Source: Hyphochytrium catenoides
Lineage: Eukaryota; Protista; Hyphochytriomycota
DNA: 35,820 nucleotides
Direction of reading: 5' to 3'
NCBI GenBank assembly: GCA_900088475.1
Contig: FLMG01001900.1
Coordinates: 1-35,820 of the forward strand
The translations under genes were made by a program, and so were the position numbers. The first letter of the stretch is position 1. Each line of letters starts with the position of its first letter. Below the pieces are notes generated by a model. It did not search any database, had not been told where the DNA came from, and saw only the letters and a program-made list of their open reading frames with translations. Below, in pieces: positions 33,753-35,820 of the stretch.

Positions 33753-34810
33753 GATAGAGAGAGAGAAAGAAAGAGAAGGCGATCACCCTACCTGTGGCTA
33801 GCGTAGGAAGAAGGAACTGCACGAAAGAGAAAGGCAGGACTGCCGCTCCATAGTTCTTGAGGAACATCGGCAGAGCGCAGAGACGGAGAAGGAGAGACGC
33901 TTTCATTGGATGGCGGTCGATGAGAGAGAGAACCGCGCGAAGAATGAGAGAGCGCTCTCTGTACGCTGCCAGGCGAGCGCTAATCAGCTCAGACAGGAAA
34001 TGACGTCCGAGATAGAAAGAGAGGATGCAGCCTATCGTCTTGCCTGATGGGGAGAGAAAATTTATAGAAGAGAAGAGTTAGAGACGAGGAAAAGAAGAGA
34101 GAGAGGGGGAGAGAGAGAAAGAGAGAGTATGTGAGAGAAACAAGGAGGAAGAAAAAGACTAAAGTAAGGAGACCGGACAAACACCCTTAAAACGTATGAC
34201 TACTAGGAGAAGAGAGCTGAGAGAACGCGCGCAGAGAGAGAGAGAGAGAGAGGAACACAAGAGGAAGAGAGAGAGAGAGAGAACACAAGAAGAAGAGAGA
34301 GAGAGAGAGAGGGAGAGAGAGAGTAAGCCCAAGAGGGAGAGAGATACCTATGAACGAGACAGCAATGGCCACCTCCATCCGATAGAGGTATCCGCATACA
34401 ATCTCAAGCGTGGTGGAGGGGAGACAGAGTGGGACCCAGAGAGACATCACAAAGAGAAAGACAACAGGACCCGCGCGAGAGTGAGAGTGGAACCACTGAA
34501 CCGTGTGATCTATGGCTTCCCGGTGCTTAAGGAGATAAAGACCGGCCCCGCCGCCGAGGAAGAGAAAGAAAAAGAAGAGAAGAGGGCGAGAGAGAGAGTG
34601 TCTTCTCTCTCGAAGGCGAGAGAAGAGAGAGGGGAAGTGAGGAGGAGGAGGAGAGGAAGAGAGAGAAGGGTCCGGGGGATCAGCGGAGGAAGGAGAGGGA
34701 GAGGCCGCTGTCGGGGAGACAGTGAGGATCTGGATGGATCCTGGAGGCGGATGAACTTTTCCCATCGTCTCTTTCTCTTTCTGCTGCTCCGCCAAGGGAG
34801 ACACTGCCAT
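32961..34810 (-). CDS. TVP38/TMEM64 family (SNARE-associated / VTT / DedA) membrane protein with acidic C-terminal tail
   Basis: Exons 34810-34348, 34043-33792, 33460-32961. Motifs: VPLCLPSTTLEIVCGYLY, G|KTIGCILSFYLGRHF, LLLRLCALPMFLKNYGAAVL and FTVLWVSVGS. Confidence 0.92.
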
Positions 34811-35820
34811 TACGTCTGTCTCTCTTTCTCTCTCTCTCTCGCTGTCTCTTCTGTTATTCCTATCTCCTATGACGCATAGCGCTTATGACGTCCAGGCTAA
34901 TTTTTGCATCGGAAGCGAAAGGAGAGAGAGAGAGGGAGAGAGAGAGATTGCTGCTGGGCTATTCCTATTGTGTTCCTGAGGCCCGGGTGGAAGGAGAGAA
35001 GAGACGAAGAGAGACGGAAGAGACTGGCACACAGAGAGCGCGCACGCGAATGAGAGGAGAGAAAGAGAGAGCGAGGGATAGAGAGAGAGAGAGAGAGCCT
35101 GACTGCCAGCTCCAGGGCTAGTCTCCTCAAGTTTGAAGTGGACTGCTATAACATAAAGCGAGAGAGAGAGAGAGAAAGAGAAAGAAGACGCAAGAACAAG
35201 GGAGAAGAGTGATCGCCGGAGCGACTAGAATCTTTGAGAAATGCAGGTGATAGGCAGCCGTGATCTTCGAACGGAAAGAGAGAGAAGAGAGACGGAGTCA
35301 AAAAGGAGAAATGAGCTGCAATCAAGAGTTCGAGAACTGGGTGAGAGGGAAGAGAGAACAAAGAGAGAAGAGAGATAGAAAATGGGGAAGAGAGGGAGGT
35401 ACGGAGAGAGGTTAAGCGAGAGAGAGAGAGAGCTCAGGAGAGAGGATCCTCATCCTGAGTTCAGCAATGAAAGAGAGAGAGAGAGAACAGTTCCGTCCAG
35501 TAGAAGAGGAAGGTCCCAACGCTTGATGGGCGAAGTACACGGGAACAAAGAGGTAAGAGAGAGAAAACGCAGAGACTCCAGACAGAGAGAGAGAGAGGGA
35601 AAGAGAGAGAGGAAAGGAAGAAGAACTAATAAGAGAAAAAAGAGACAGAGAGAGAGGGAAAGAGAGAGAGGAAAGGAAGAAGAACTAATAAGAGAAAAAG
35701 AGTGGTAAAGTAGAAACAATGAGAGCGAGCGGGAGAAAACCATCGAGAGAAGAGGGAGATAAGGGGAGAGCAGCTAGAAAAAAAGAGTGTGTGTGAGTGA
35801 GAGAGAGAGAGAGAGAGAGA

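Noticed and set aside
76-35743. Dozens of ORFs encoding (SL)n or (RE)n runs
   Set aside because: These are translations of stop-free (CT)n/(AG)n microsatellites in introns and intergenic DNA.

Overview
Intron-rich eukaryotic (protist) nuclear DNA in the standard genetic code, dense in (CT)n/(AG)n microsatellites, with one 124-nt N gap. The DDI1 and BUD31 sequences look stramenopile-like to me, but that is inference. Most ORFs in the supplied track are microsatellite artefacts. Hand splicing gives these genes in order: 3' part of an IQ-motif protein (+), DDI1 (-, 15 exons), a RING-PDZ protein (-), BUD31/G10 (-), a long coiled-coil protein with a dynein-adaptor-like CC1 box (-), an ABHD1/2/3-type alpha/beta hydrolase (+), a small multi-pass membrane protein (-), a ParB/Srx-fold SerK-like protein (+), a low-complexity hypothetical ORF (+) and a TVP38/TMEM64 (VTT/DedA) protein (-). 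The four most notable observations are: (1) an unidentified, highly base-paired ~290-nt + strand RNA candidate at 7815-8105 with snRNA-type promoter and terminator hints; (2) all 14 DDI1 introns are phase 0; (3) a eukaryotic, intron-containing, probably mitochondrial homologue of the archaeal serine kinase SerK; (4) an 85-bp three-hairpin element repeated upstream of two unrelated genes. All gene models were spliced by eye and need RNA-seq confirmation.
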